A DNA stretch of 64,000 nucleotides from the human T2T-CHM13v2.0 reference genome, Homo sapiens. The number at the start of each line of letters is the position of its first letter. Position 1 is the first letter of the stretch. Below the pieces are notes generated by a model. The model was not told the DNA's origin and did no database searches. It saw only the letters and a program-made list of their open reading frames with translations. This document shows positions 1 to 12,700 of the stretch, piece by piece. Location of the stretch: the NCBI RefSeq assembly GCF_009914755.1, contig NC_060928.1; one strand, 5' to 3'. A program made the position numbers and the translations under genes.

Positions 1-232
1 TCTTCCTTTGTCTACCCTCTTCTCTATACTTTATTTCCCTTTGTGAAGATGGTATATAAGCCTCAATTCTAACTACCTCCATGAGTTGCATTTCTTTGTG
101 AAATCTGTGCCTATAGATTAAATCTGGGTTTGTTTGTTTTTTTCTCCTGTTAACCAGCCTTTTATCAGTTTGATTCCTGGGACCTACCATTAAGCATCAG
201 AGAGTAGAGAAAGTTTTTTTTCCTTTTTTACA
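1..232 (+). mobile_element. 3' part of an ERV1 (MER4-group-like) LTR
   Basis: TATATAAG at 53, then an ATTAAA signal and a TTTTTCTCCTGTTAA tract typical of the R/U5 region of these LTRs. Subfamily not determined. Confidence 0.45.
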
Positions 233-607
233 TCTTCACCTTGATTATTTTTCTTTCATGTACTATATATAAAATACTGTATGAATGTCTGCATCTTGTC
301 TCAAATTATTTTTGAAAAAAGTAAGCTTGTAATTAATCAAGAGACATAAATGTCTTTTTAAATTAAGAATAATTAATAATGATATTAAGACTTTGTTTCC
401 TAGAAATATGTCAACAATAAAAGGCCAACATCTTTTGAAAATCCATTAATTTTTGAGACTACCAGCATCATCAAAATGAATGAATGTAAGCAAATAAAAC
501 ATAACAGACAGAAGAGCCATTGCTCTGTGGTCTAAAGTCCTTTATCCCACCAAAACCTTTTATATATGAGTTTGATTAATATATATATATTTTTTATTAT
601 TTCTTAT

Positions 608-1456
608 CTTTAGAGACAGGGTCTAGCTCTGTCACCCAGGCTGGAGTGCAGTGGCATGACTGTCAGAGGCGTGTGAACCAGAGCAACTCCATCTTGAATA
701 GGGGCTGGGTAAAGTGAGGCTGAGACCTACTGGGCTGCATTCCTAAGAGGTTAAGGCATTCTTAGTCACAGGATGAGATAGGAGGTCAGCACAAGATACA
801 GGTCATAAAGACCTTGCTGATAAAACAGGATGCAGTGAAGAAGCTAGCTAAAACCCATCAAAACCAAAATGGCCACTAGAATGACCTCTGGTTGTCCTCA
901 CTGCTACACTCCTACCAGTTTACAAATTCCAAGGCAACGTCAGGAAGTGACCTTATACGGTCTGAAAAGGGGACGCATGAATAATCCACTCATTGTTTAG
1001 CATATAATCAAAAAATAACCATAAAAATGGACAACCAGCAGCCCTTGGGGCTACTCTGGCTATGGAGTAGCCTTTCTTTTATTCCTTCACTTTCCTAACA
1101 AACTTGTTTTCACTTTACTCTATGGACTTGCCCTGAATTCCTTGCCGCACAAGATCCAAGAACCTTCTCTTGGGGGTCTGGATTGGGACCCTTTCCTGTA
1201 ACATGATCATAACTCACTGCAGCCCCAAACTCCTTGTCACAAATGATCCTCCTGCCTCAGCCTCCTGAATAGCTAGGACTACAGGAACAAGACACCATGC
1301 CTGGCTAATTTTTTTTTTTTTTTTTTTTTTTTTTTTGGTAGAGACAGAATCTTATTACATTGCCCAAGCTGGTCTCAAACTCCTGGCCTCAAGCAATCTT
1401 CCTGCCTCAGCATGCCAAAGTGCTAGGATTATAGGCATGGGCCACCATGCTTGGCC
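608..1456 (-). mobile_element. AluJ-type element split by a MER41 LTR insertion
   Basis: GAGACAGGGTCT..CCCAGGCTGGAGTGCAGTGGCA to 660; Alu resumes at 1204 (ATCATAACTCACTGCAGCC..GCCACCATGCTTGGCC). The central linker is expanded to a long T run. Confidence 0.9.
661..1203 (+). mobile_element. MER41 (probably MER41A) solo LTR, ERV1
   Basis: Starts TGTCAGAGGCGTGTGAACCAGAGCAACTCCATCTTGAATAGG and ends CCCTTTCCTGTAACA; 543 bp; flanks TGAC/TGAT form a 4-bp TSD with one mismatch. Confidence 0.88.
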
Positions 1457-2289
1457 TTGATATTCTTCAACGCAAAATTAACATTCTCTTCTTTGTACTT
1501 CCATAGCATAGCATAGCACATTGTACATCACCTATTATAACAACTATTACTGTATTATTTAATATTATCATGGTTGTATTTTTCTCTACTGTTTCTGAAG
1601 CTGACTTGGGACCTGGGGTAATGAGTTACTCATTTTTGTATATTTGGCATCTAGCAGAAGGAGGGCCATAGTATCAGTCAAGGGTTACCAAGGTATTATA
1701 ACCCCAGTGTACATGTTTGTCAAAGCAGTGGACAAGAAAGACAGGTTCCTAAATAAATCTTCAACTCATCAGCACCTTTATTACTTTTGCTTCAAAGCTA
1801 GGTTTCTATCAGCTCTGACTTCCCAATTTGTTCCCTACAGAGAGAGACCCTTAAGGCCTCAACATGGCACCACCCATGCTCTTGCTTGAGGGATTAAGCC
1901 AAACATGACAGGCATTTACTAATATTTGCAGAATCAATCAATCAAAGTCAACCTTGAACAGTAAAAGAAGTCTCAATAAAATAATGTATACTTTAACATG
2001 TCTGTGTGTATATACCTATATGTCAATATGAAAAAACAAATTTTTTTTTATCATCTGCTAGACAATTAACTTTTTTTACCACTCTCTTTCCCAAATCTCT
2101 CACGAAGCCTCCTGACAACATCTAACTATTTACAGCACTAGGTATGTGGTAGAGCTCAACAGTATTTATGGTACGGAATAGCTCTGATTAGAATTCTGTC
2201 AATATTTGCATTATTATACACTTACAGCAACATGTACAATCTTTCAAAAAATAATAAAATGTATTAGCAGTCCATTTTTCCTTAATTTC

Positions 2290-2500
2290 CTTCGTGTGCC
2301 CTTGGATGAATTAATTGTGAACCTTGACTTAATTGCTCTGTGGTTTAATTTTCTTATCTGTAAAATGACAGGACTAGTTCCTTTCACACAGTAATGTTAC
2401 AAGGATTAAGTTAATTAAAATATGTAATTAAAATATGTAAAACACTAAGAATATTGCCTTATATAAACGCTCAATAAATTTTAACGATTAATAATTATCA
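2290..2500 (+). mobile_element. MIR fragment
   Basis: MIR core-like TTTTCTTATCTGTAAAATG..AAGGATTAAGTTAATTAAAATATGTAAAACACT..GCTCAATAAAT. Confidence 0.6.
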
Positions 2501-3783
2501 TTACAAAAAAAATTTCTACTCAGTCTATAAAACACAAATATTCTCAGAGTAAATATTTTAAGAGAAATAAACCAGGGAACTTGAAAGTACAGTTTAGTCT
2601 ATTTTCAGCAAAACAGTAAAGAAAACATTGTTTGCATTTATCAGGGTTTTTAATATTAGGTTGAAACACATAAAATTGCCACTTTTATAGGGAAAAAGTT
2701 GAATATCACCAACTACATAGGGTTTACTTTCAGATTTTTTTACGTCTACAAATTATTTTATGTTAGAAAAATTAAATACATTTCACTGAAATGCATTTAA
2801 AATATTTTTAAGAAATGCAACCTTACCCTGCAATTAAGCTTCCAAAAATAATTCTGAAATAATTAAAAATATTGCCACCATAAGAATCTTTAAGTGGAGA
2901 ATGAAAGAACCTGATTACACTACTAAAAACGCAGTAAACATCTTCCTCAAACACTGACTTTTTAACCAATAGGGTTCAACTTTTCTAATTCAGTTCTCTA
3001 AATGGGCTGCTATATAAAAAGACTAATGGAGTTTAAAAAAAAAAATCTACTGACTCCCTTTTCATTTGAAGACAGTTGCCAAAATCATTACTTTCAATCA
3101 TAAAATATATTGTTAGATAATTCTTCTAAAGTTCCTAACATTAGAACTTCATTTCCTTCATATAGATAAAGAAATATGTTTAAGAATAGACGGTTTCCCT
3201 GAAAAAGAAAATTAAAAATCCTGATTCTCAGATCTGAGAAACATTAATCATTCAAATATAGTTGTTAATTCATTCATTCAGCTAACAAACACTTATTGAG
3301 TGCTCTGAGGTCACAAGTAAAGGTCCTTATCCTCAAGAACTAAGAATCCTCAGAGGAGAAAAATTAAATAGAAAATAATAAAATGTGATAAAAGCTATAA
3401 AAGAACTTAGGAAAAAGACTTAGCTCAGATTGCAGGGAATGGAGCATAGCATAATCCATGAGAGAAAATTGCAAAGTACAAAATCAAGGATATGTGAATC
3501 AAAAAACCTCAAAGCAACTCAGCTTGGCTGGCATGAAGGGTTAAATTAGTGGAAACAACAAGCAATACATCGAAAGAGGACAGCACAGACTAGATCAAGG
3601 ACTAGATGAAGGATTTTGTATGCAATAGCCTAGTAAAGAGTTTGAATTTTACCTGGTAGATTTGCAAGTAAATGGGGAAGTGTACGAGAGAGAGGCAGGG
3701 TGGGGGAAAAGGATGAGAGAAAGAAGGACATGTGTGCACTGGTACTGATGATAGCTTTATATATTTAGTGGATATAGTATTTA

Positions 3784-4206
<423 letters not shown>

Positions 4207-4324
4207 TCAGAGGACAAAACAACTCAGCATAAATTTATATTGCAGCTCTAAATCAAACTCTAAGATTTTCAATGGCATAAAAAAGAAAAGATTATTCCAT
4301 TCTCAATGACATTTGACAGTTTAA

Positions 4325-4673
<349 letters not shown>

Positions 4674-5949
4674 AATAAGGCTCCTCTCTTTACCTAAAGA
4701 TTGAATAACCCACACACCACTGACAACCTTCCTTCTCATACAGTGAGGTAGGTCAGGAAAGAGGAAATATAGGTACCAACTAGTAACGAATAGGGGACCT
4801 TATTAATAGTAGTAAAGCTTAAACTAGATTAAAAGAAGGCTCTATAATATTAAATAACCAATTTTCATTTTTATGCTAGATATTTTACATAATGTATGAT
4901 CTGCTTTAATCCTTTTAATAATCCTGACAGAGCTATTGGCTCCAGTTTAGAGATAGTTGTTCCATGTGTATAGCATGAGGCGTCCTATTTGCACTTACTC
5001 CAAAATAAATGGTGCCCCAAAGTTGCGTAAAGTAGTAGCCTGGAGAGTAGGAAACTTGCTCCATATCAATCTGAATCACATTAAGGCAACCATAACAACA
5101 AAAAAAAGGGTCTTCTGACACAAAAATCTTTTACCCATGGACCTCACTAAGAAGACATTCTACTGGTAAAGCCCTGCATTTTTCCCTTCTCAGCTTAATG
5201 ATAAATATGCTGGAATTCCAATTCAATAAATCCACTTTGACAAGAAACCTTACTGAAATCATTAAAAATAAAATATTATAAAACGTATAAACCCTTAACA
5301 AGGAAGAAAAGAGAAACAGGCCATGAGGTGATGAAAGATTTCTAGAAACTTGTACAAAACAAAATATATAAGGAAGAGTGAAGCAGAAAGAAATAAGCTA
5401 CAACCTGTAATAGTCAAGAGGTTTGTTTGGTCCCTTCAGATTCAGAGGCTTCAGACTCAGAGAAGGCGGGAACAATGTTAAACAGCAGTCAGAGGGTTTG
5501 AAATCAGAAGGGTGAAGTGTTGAATAATTAGAAGCGTCAATTCTGCCACCAGCCCCACAACATTGGCAGTTATTTACACTCCATGAAAAAAAGAAAAAGA
5601 TAAGGTTCTTCCCTAAAGAAGCTGAACAAACTGAGAACTACACTAGTTGCTATGGACACTGGTGAGAAGAGCAAACTCCTCACAATTCCGGAATTTGTAG
5701 GACCCCAGCTAAGATTTGGCTGTTCACCCAGCCATCCTAAAACAAAATATATCCGTCAATAAGCCTGTCCATATATGCAAAGCTCCCAGGAAGCCTTAGC
5801 TCTTAAATAATGAGTTGTCTGAGAATCATCAGATAGTTGAGGAAAGACTACAGTATCAAGGGCAAACAATGAAATAAACCTCCAAAAATCTGGCTTTGGA
5901 AGCAACTGAAATAATTTATGAAAAAATAACACAAAAACCAACTCTAACA

Positions 5950-6270
5950 AACATAGAGAGATTTGAGGAGATATTGCATCCATTACATAAAACAAGTTAT
6001 AGAAAAACACATTATACAAAAGAATAAAGAGAAATGGCCAATAGATACATGAGAAGATAAACAACCTCATGAATAATCAAGGAATTGCACATTAAAACCA
6101 CAAAAAATTTTTATCTACTGGACAGTCAAAAATTAAGAAATCTGATAACACATAATGTTAGAAGGATGTGGAAAAATAGGATCTCTAATTTGCTGTAAGT
6201 GGGAGTGTAAATTAGTAAAATCACTAGATATGTTTTACACTATCTTGCTATTATATTCCTACAGAAACTC

Positions 6271-6323
<53 letters not shown>

Positions 6324-8165
6324 GGACCTGTGCAAGAAAGATCAAGGCAGTATTATTGCTCCTAATATCCCCAAGCTGGAGACAATTTAAATGTCCAATG
6401 GTAGGTAAATGGTTAAATAAATTGTGCTTTATTCACCTGTATACATAATGAAAAATAAGCAAACTATAGCCATATTTAATAGCATAGATGAATCTTAGAA
6501 ATATAATATTGAGTGAAAAAAGTAACATAAAATATTCCAGTTTTCATAAAACTCAAAAACAAAAAATAAAACAAATAATTCTGGAATACTTATATCTATT
6601 GTAAGAATATATTCAATAAGTAAGGGAATTTAAAAAAAATACTCAGAATATGGGTTACTACCAAATTAAAGTGGGGTAAGGTTAGGGAAAAATTCATAAA
6701 AAGCTTCAAAAATCTTGAGTAATAGCCTAGTTTTTAGCTGGTGAATTAATGGGTGTTCATGTTATCATTATGCTTGGTAATTTCCATGCTCTGTATCTAT
6801 ATTTATCTACATATGTGTGTGTTAATACCACATATTTCATAATTAAAAGAATTTAAATAAAATAAATTGATTCTCAACAAAAGCAAAAGAGTTCAACAGG
6901 AAAAGGAAAGTCCTTTTTACAAATGGTGCTGGAAAAAGATATTCATATAAAAAAATAATAACCTCAACTTCTACTGATACATCCACAAAAATCTAAGATG
7001 GAACATAGGCTTAAGCGTAAAAGGTAAAACTGTTAGTCTTCTAATTGAAAACATAAGCGAATATCTTTACAACCTTAGGCTAGGCAAAGATTTCTTAGAC
7101 ACAATAGAACAAAGCACTAGCCACAAAAGACAATTTTGACAAAGTAGACTTCATCAAAATTAAAAACATCTGCATATCCAAAGGCACCCCTGAGAAAATA
7201 AAAATTCGAGTTAAAGGGAAATATTATTTACATCTGTCTGTATATACATATGACATTATGTATATATATGACCTTTTAAAATCAAACATATGTGTGTCTG
7301 TATATAATTGACCTGTATTCGGAGTCTATAAAGAAATACCACAATTCAATAATAAAACAAGCCAATACATAAATAGGTAAAAGTCACAAACATATTTTCA
7401 CACAAGGCATGAAAATAATAAGCACATGAAAAAGTTCTTAATATCATTAATTGGGGGAAATGCAAATGAAAATCACAATGACAAACCTTTAACTTCTACA
7501 ATGGCTAAAATTTAAATGACTGGCAGTAACAAGTGTTGAGAATGTGGAAGTGGAGCTTTGCTATATTGCTAGTGGGAGCGTAAAATGGCAAAAGAATTTT
7601 GGAAAATATTTGGAAAACTTTTCTAAAGTTAAAAATATCCCTAACTTATGACTCAGAAATTCCACTCTTTAACCAAGAAAAATGAAAACATTTGTCCATA
7701 AAAAAAAACACTGTATGAGTATGTTCATAGGAACTGTACTCTTAATAGCTAAAAACCAGAAGCAATGCAAATGTCCCATAAGTGAATCAATTAACATATT
7801 TGTACCATGAAATTCTATTTAACAAAAATGGAACAAACATGTCAAAACATGGATATACTCAAAAACATAAAGTTTATGAAAGAAGCAGACACAAAAGAGT
7901 TCATACTGTATGACTCCATTTAAATGTAATTCCAGAACTATAGTTCTAAACTATAGTATTAATAAAAAAATCAGAAGATAGTACTGTAGATGGGGGAGAG
8001 GGGTTGAATAAGCAGAGAAACAGAGGAACTTTCTGTAGTGGTAGAAATATTCTCTATCTCGATTGTGGTGGTAGTGGTTTTATGGATGAGTACATGCATC
8101 AAAACTCATTAAATTGGCCACTTAAAATCAATGTGTTTTAATATGTATCAAATTTTATCTCACAC
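5950..8165 (+). mobile_element. Old L1M (L1MC/ME-like) 3' fragments
   Basis: A-rich, with L1 ORF2/3'UTR remnants such as AAATGGTGCTGGAAAA, GACTTCATCAAAATTAAAAAC, ATTGCTAGTGGGAGCGTAAAATGG and CATACTGTATGACTCCATTT. Confidence 0.75.
6273..6318 (+). repeat. (AC)23 microsatellite
   Basis: Uninterrupted AC run. Confidence 0.97.
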
Positions 8166-8327
8166 AAAATAAAACAGCTTATGAGAAGATAAACACTGCT
8201 ATACATTTTCAAAGCATCAAACGTAACTAGAAAATTGTAAACATTTCAGACAGAAAAAACTGATTCTGCTATCAACAAGTTAAAGTGAGACTGGCATTCT
8301 CATCAGCAATAATGAAAGTCAGAAGAG

Positions 8328-8464
8328 AGCCTGGTGCAGTGGCTTGTGCCTGTGATCCCAGATACTTGAGAGGCTGAGGTGGGAGGATCACGTGAGGTCA
8401 GGAGTTTCAGACCAGACTGAGCAACACAGTGAGACTCCAGCTCAAAAAAAAGGAAAAAAAAAAA
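8328..8464 (+). mobile_element. Alu monomer (FLAM-like)
   Basis: Single arm GCCTGGTGCAGTGGCTTGTGCCTGTGATCCCAG..GAGACTCCAGCTC followed by an A tail. Confidence 0.85.
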
Positions 8465-9688
8465 GTTAGAAGACATGGAAGGATTGAGAGTTGAAGGAAA
8501 ATACTTTTGATTCTATATACAGCCAAATTATCAGTCATAAGAGCAAATTATAATTTACAGCTATACGAACATTAAAAAATAAAATTACCTTTCACTTGCC
8601 TTTTGTGAGCAAGTTTCCTTAGGATATATTCCAGGGAAATAGGGGGAAGCCCAATAACAGAAGATGAGGGGCTAAGAAACAATGTTATTTACCCAAGAAT
8701 GAATATAAGCCCAGGATAGGAGCAATACAAAAGGACTAGAATGCAATCTGTTCAAATTAAACAGAAAGCCATTGGGCTTTAAGGGGAAAATCTTCAAACA
8801 GAGGAATGGAAGCTTGCTTCTATGTGCATCATACAAAGAATGAGAAGATTCAGTGAAGAAAGCACATCCACCTACCTATTCCCCAGGAGAAAGCAGAAAG
8901 GCAATTAAGAAAGTGGGGACGGTTAAAAACTATGTATTACATACTCCAAAATATAAAGCATGCTCAACTACAGCATATTTTGCCCTTGGCAGGAAAGAAA
9001 TAAAAACCCATTTGACCTTGATATCATAAATAATCTCCTTAGTATGGCACAGGGATCATGAAGTTAAAACTCTGGGGAAAAAAACATATCAGAGCATACA
9101 GCTTGGACTTGCTCTAAGTAACAACTATAAAGCCATAATACTGTAAACATTTTATTTTTTTTATTGGTTTTTGGCACGTGAATAAAGCGCAAATGTTATA
9201 GTTAAGAAATATATTACTAACTTTGACAATGTACAAGTAAATGTCCAGCTAAGAGAAAGTGGGCATAAATGTAGTTTCTGAAGTGATAAAGAAAAAGGTA
9301 GAATCACTACTTTTCTCGTTTTACCAAACAAGGAGTCAAATATATTTTCAAAAGTTGATGTGAAAAAAGTAGTTTACGTATATTATTTTGAATTATAAAG
9401 TAACCAATACAAAAACTAAAAATTATGATTATGACTCTTCCAAAATTCAGAGGAGATTGTGAATGGTGTGGGCTATTTCTAGAAGTCAACGGAAAAAGAA
9501 TTAGCAGTTCAACTTAGGGCTATCTCAAGAAGTCAACAAAAAGAATTAACAGTTTAACTTATTATTTAACCTACAGACCTAAAATTAGAAAAGGTTAAAA
9601 GTGGTTATCTTTGAAGAACAGTACTGAGAGTAGGACAGGTGAGACAGTTGCACTTTATTATTCAATCCTACTACGCTATACTACTTGA

Positions 9689-9996
9689 TTTTTTTTTTTT
9701 TTTTTTTTTTTTTTGAGACAGAGTCTCACTCTGTCATCAAGGCTGGAGTGCAGTGGCATGATCTCGGCTCACTGCATCCTTCCACCTCCCGGGTTCAAGC
9801 GATTCTGTGCCTCAGCCTCCAGAGTGGCTGGGATTACAGGCGCCCGCCACCACGCCCGGCTAATTTTTGTATTTTTAGTAGAGACGGGGTTTCACCATCC
9901 TGGCCAGGCTGGTCTTGAACTCCTGACCTCAGGTGATCCACCCGCCTCGACCTCCCAAAGTGCTAGGACTACAGGCGTGAGCCACCGCGCCCGACC
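9689..9996 (-). mobile_element. AluSx-like full length
   Basis: Poly-T followed by a dimeric Alu containing CCTGACCTCAGGTGATCC. Confidence 0.93.
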
Positions 9997-10599
9997 ATTT
10001 TATTTTCAATCAGATGTCTTTATCATCACATAGCTGAAAATAAAATAACCAAATAAAACACAATGATCGAAAAAGATAAAACACTAATTAGCATAATCAG
10101 TGTTCTTTTTCCACTACCTCTTAAATGGTTGTACATAAAAAGGCTCACACACAAAAATACACACACATACATTCACTTACACCTCGTGAGTGGAAGAAAA
10201 CTACCGGGGGAAAAAAAACGTAGAGATGAGAGATTAGATGAGGGAAACAGCAGTGCAAGCAGTTGGGCTTGAAAATTCATTCATTCAACAAATATTTTGA
10301 AGCCCCTATTTTAAGTCAGTTGTTTTTCCAGCTGGTGGGCAAAGGATAATGAACAAGTCAGACTCTGTGCCCTCAAAGAACTTAGAGTTTTAAACGACTC
10401 GAATGGGGAAAGAAAGTAAAAAATAGGGCAAAAGACGCCGATTTTATCATGAATAAAATTTCACATTTCTTCAACAGGAAAATGATACTAATTCATTTAT
10501 TTTATATATACATTCTCTCAAGAGGTTATTTTTGTCTCAAATAGATAGAAACCAGGACAGGGATCCTTGAAAAGCAGCCACTGACAATCCTCAAGTAAC

Positions 10600-10708
10600 T
10601 TCCTTCCTCTGCTTCACTTTCTCCTACTGCTCAAGGGGGTGTTACACTTTGACGACTGACTAAACCTCGAGGGCCAGAAACAAACCAAAGCAAAATTCTG
10701 CCTCCAAG
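10600..10708 (+). other. AIMP1: Candidate upstream alternative non-coding first exon of AIMP1 (5' start approximate)
   Basis: Near-consensus donor CCAAG|GTGAGT at 10708/10709 at the edge of the CpG-rich promoter. The start cannot be read from sequence. Confidence 0.5.
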
Positions 10709-10998
10709 GTGAGTAATGGAGGGGCGGATTCTAGATTCTCTAACCTCCTTTAGCCTTCCTTTGAGGCAGTGACAGAGCGATTACTAAGCCTACGGTTCCC
10801 AAACGACTCAGGTGAACCTGATTTACAGGAAAGGCGGGCTGTAGCTAGGGATGGAGACAGTACCTATCAGCAAGCGGCTCCACAGCTCGGTTCTCTATCT
10901 ATTCTGAAGACATGCGGGGCCACTCACTGCTCCTGATAGTCCTCTACCTCCCACAGACCCCACCCACTACGACACGGAAAACTGGATTACCCAAATAC

Positions 10999-11200
10999 CT
11001 GCCTCTGAGTCTGGGGACGCAGGCAAGCACAAAGACAAGGGGGATGGAGCTTCTACACAGGGCCCCAGCGCTGTCGCTGTGGCTGCTGCTGCCGCTACGG
11101 CTTAGTGCACCAGACGCTGCATTTCAGGTGCTCCTACAAAAGAGGCCACTCCTGGAACGCCGGGAGCTCAGACGCTGCCCTTTGCTCGCGAGCCAAGTCA
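10999..11200 (-). other. TBCK: Candidate non-coding first exon of TBCK (5' start approximate)
   Basis: Minus-strand donor GGCAG|GTATTT at 10999/10998 inside the CpG island. The TBCK coding exon begins with a splice acceptor, so it needs an upstream exon. Other donors are possible. Confidence 0.5.
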
Positions 11201-11619
11201 GCCAAGGTTAACCTTCGCGGAACCCGGCGAGGAGCGCAAGCCTGGCCTTCCCCAAACACAGATCCGAGCTTTTCACCCTCTACCCTCCCCTCAGCCTGGC
11301 CTTTTCTTCCGCCCTCACAGCCACCGCGACCCAACGCTGAGGAAAGACCCCGACTTGTGGTGTCCTTCCCCTTGCCCAAACTGGCCACGAAAGGACATAT
11401 AGCGAGAGAGAAAGAGGTGCGGGGGGACGGGGGGGGTCGATTGAAAATACTGGGTGAGGGAATGGAAGACGAGGAGCGTGGTATGGCAGGTTAATGGGAC
11501 TGAGCACAGGAAGAGGAAGAAAGAATTGAGGGTTGAATCTGTAGAACACTCAGGCTTTCAGCAAGGACACCTCATTGGGTCCTTTCTCACTGCTATAGTA
11601 CGCGGGTGGCTGGACCTAC

Positions 11620-11666
11620 ATGCTTCCTGCTGTGGCTGTCTCGGAACCCGTGGTCCTCCGCTTCAT
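11620..11666 (+). CDS. AIMP1: AIMP1 exon 1 coding part for the N-terminally extended isoform (MLPAVAVSEPVVLRF-M...)
   Basis: ATG at 11620 and donor CAT|GTGAGT at 11666/11667. Splicing to 20057 is in frame with the main ATG and gives a 24-aa extension (336 aa). Confidence 0.75.
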
Positions 11667-11989
11667 GTGAGTGACGTCGTGGCGGGTCACTCACTCGGGG
11701 ATCGCCGATTGCGATCGTAGGGGTCTTCCTTCTCTAACTTGCCTCCAGGAGAGAGGACCTGGCCTGCGCTGCTAATGGGTAGTCCGTTCGCAGCAGGACC
11801 AGCCCTGGCCTAAGGAAACAGGAAAGAGTTTGAGACTTCCTTCTAAAGGAGCCACGTTTGAGAAATGGGATGCAGGCCTAAGTTAAGAATGCTACAGAAA
11901 AATATCGATCCCTAAGCGTATTTACTGTTATGTGAATGTGTGTGTCAAAGGACTTAGGTGCTTTGGGGGAGAGGAGGGTGAAGACAGGA

Positions 11990-12700
11990 ATTTATTCATT
12001 GAGCGAATAGTTATTAAGCGCCCACTCTATTCCAGACACCGTTCTAGGCATTAGGTGAACAGCAGTGAACAAAACAGACGGAAATCTGTGTCTACTTGTA
12101 GCTCACATTTTAGAGAGGAAGGCACATACTAAGCAAAGTAATTAGAAACATACTGTATTTTAGGTCGTGATAGTCCTGAAGAGAAACGTAAAGCAGGGAA
12201 GAAGGGTATAAAGTGACACAGGAAGGTCTTGCTGAAAAGATGACTTTTAAGTAAAGGGCTGACAGAAGTGGGAGATTTAACCACGCGAATATCTTGGGAA
12301 AGTGCAGTCAGACAGAGGGACCAGCCATTGCAGAGGTCATGAAGCAGAAACGTGCTAGAATAGCAAGGAGGCCTGTAGGGCAGAGTTGAGTGAAGGGTTT
12401 AGTCCTTCACTGGAGATTAAATCAAGGCGAGCAGGTCATGAAGATCTTGAGGACATCTAACTTTTATTCTAAATGAAATAGGACTTTGGAGCGTTTTGAG
12501 CAGTAGAGTGATGGGCTCTGACTTCCTTTTAAGAGGGTCACTCTTTAAGGAAAATACACAGAGGAGGACGTGGTAGGAGAAAGGAGACCAATAAGAAGAG
12601 TTTTGCAATAATCCAGAGGAAGCATAATGGTGGTTTGACTATGGGTGGTAAGAAATGGCCAGTTATATTCTTGATGCACTTAATTTGGATATGTAAGAGT
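11990..12700 (+). mobile_element. L2 fragment (antisense L2 3' end pattern read on +)
   Basis: ATTTATTCATTGAGCGAATAGTTATTAAGCGCCCACTCTATTCCAGACACCGTTCTAGG..AGCAGTGAACAAAACAGAC motifs. Strand assignment uncertain. Confidence 0.65.

Larger units (their letters stand above)
10900..11830. promoter_or_regulatory. CpG-island-like bidirectional promoter shared by TBCK (-) and AIMP1 (+)
   Basis: Sharp rise in GC and CpG in an AT-rich background. Contains CTTCCGCCC (ETS/GC box, about 11306), the palindrome GCTCGCGAGC (11184-11193) and CRE-like TGACGTCG (11672-11679). Lies between head-to-head genes. Confidence 0.88.

Noticed and set aside
11700-11716. Short inverted repeat GATCGC-CGATT-GCGATC
   Set aside because: A 6-bp stem in a CpG island is within chance expectation.
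10912-11720. Five overlapping 84-129 aa ORFs in the promoter
   Set aside because: Expected in GC-rich, stop-poor DNA; no recognisable domain. Only the ATG at 11620 has splice and frame support.
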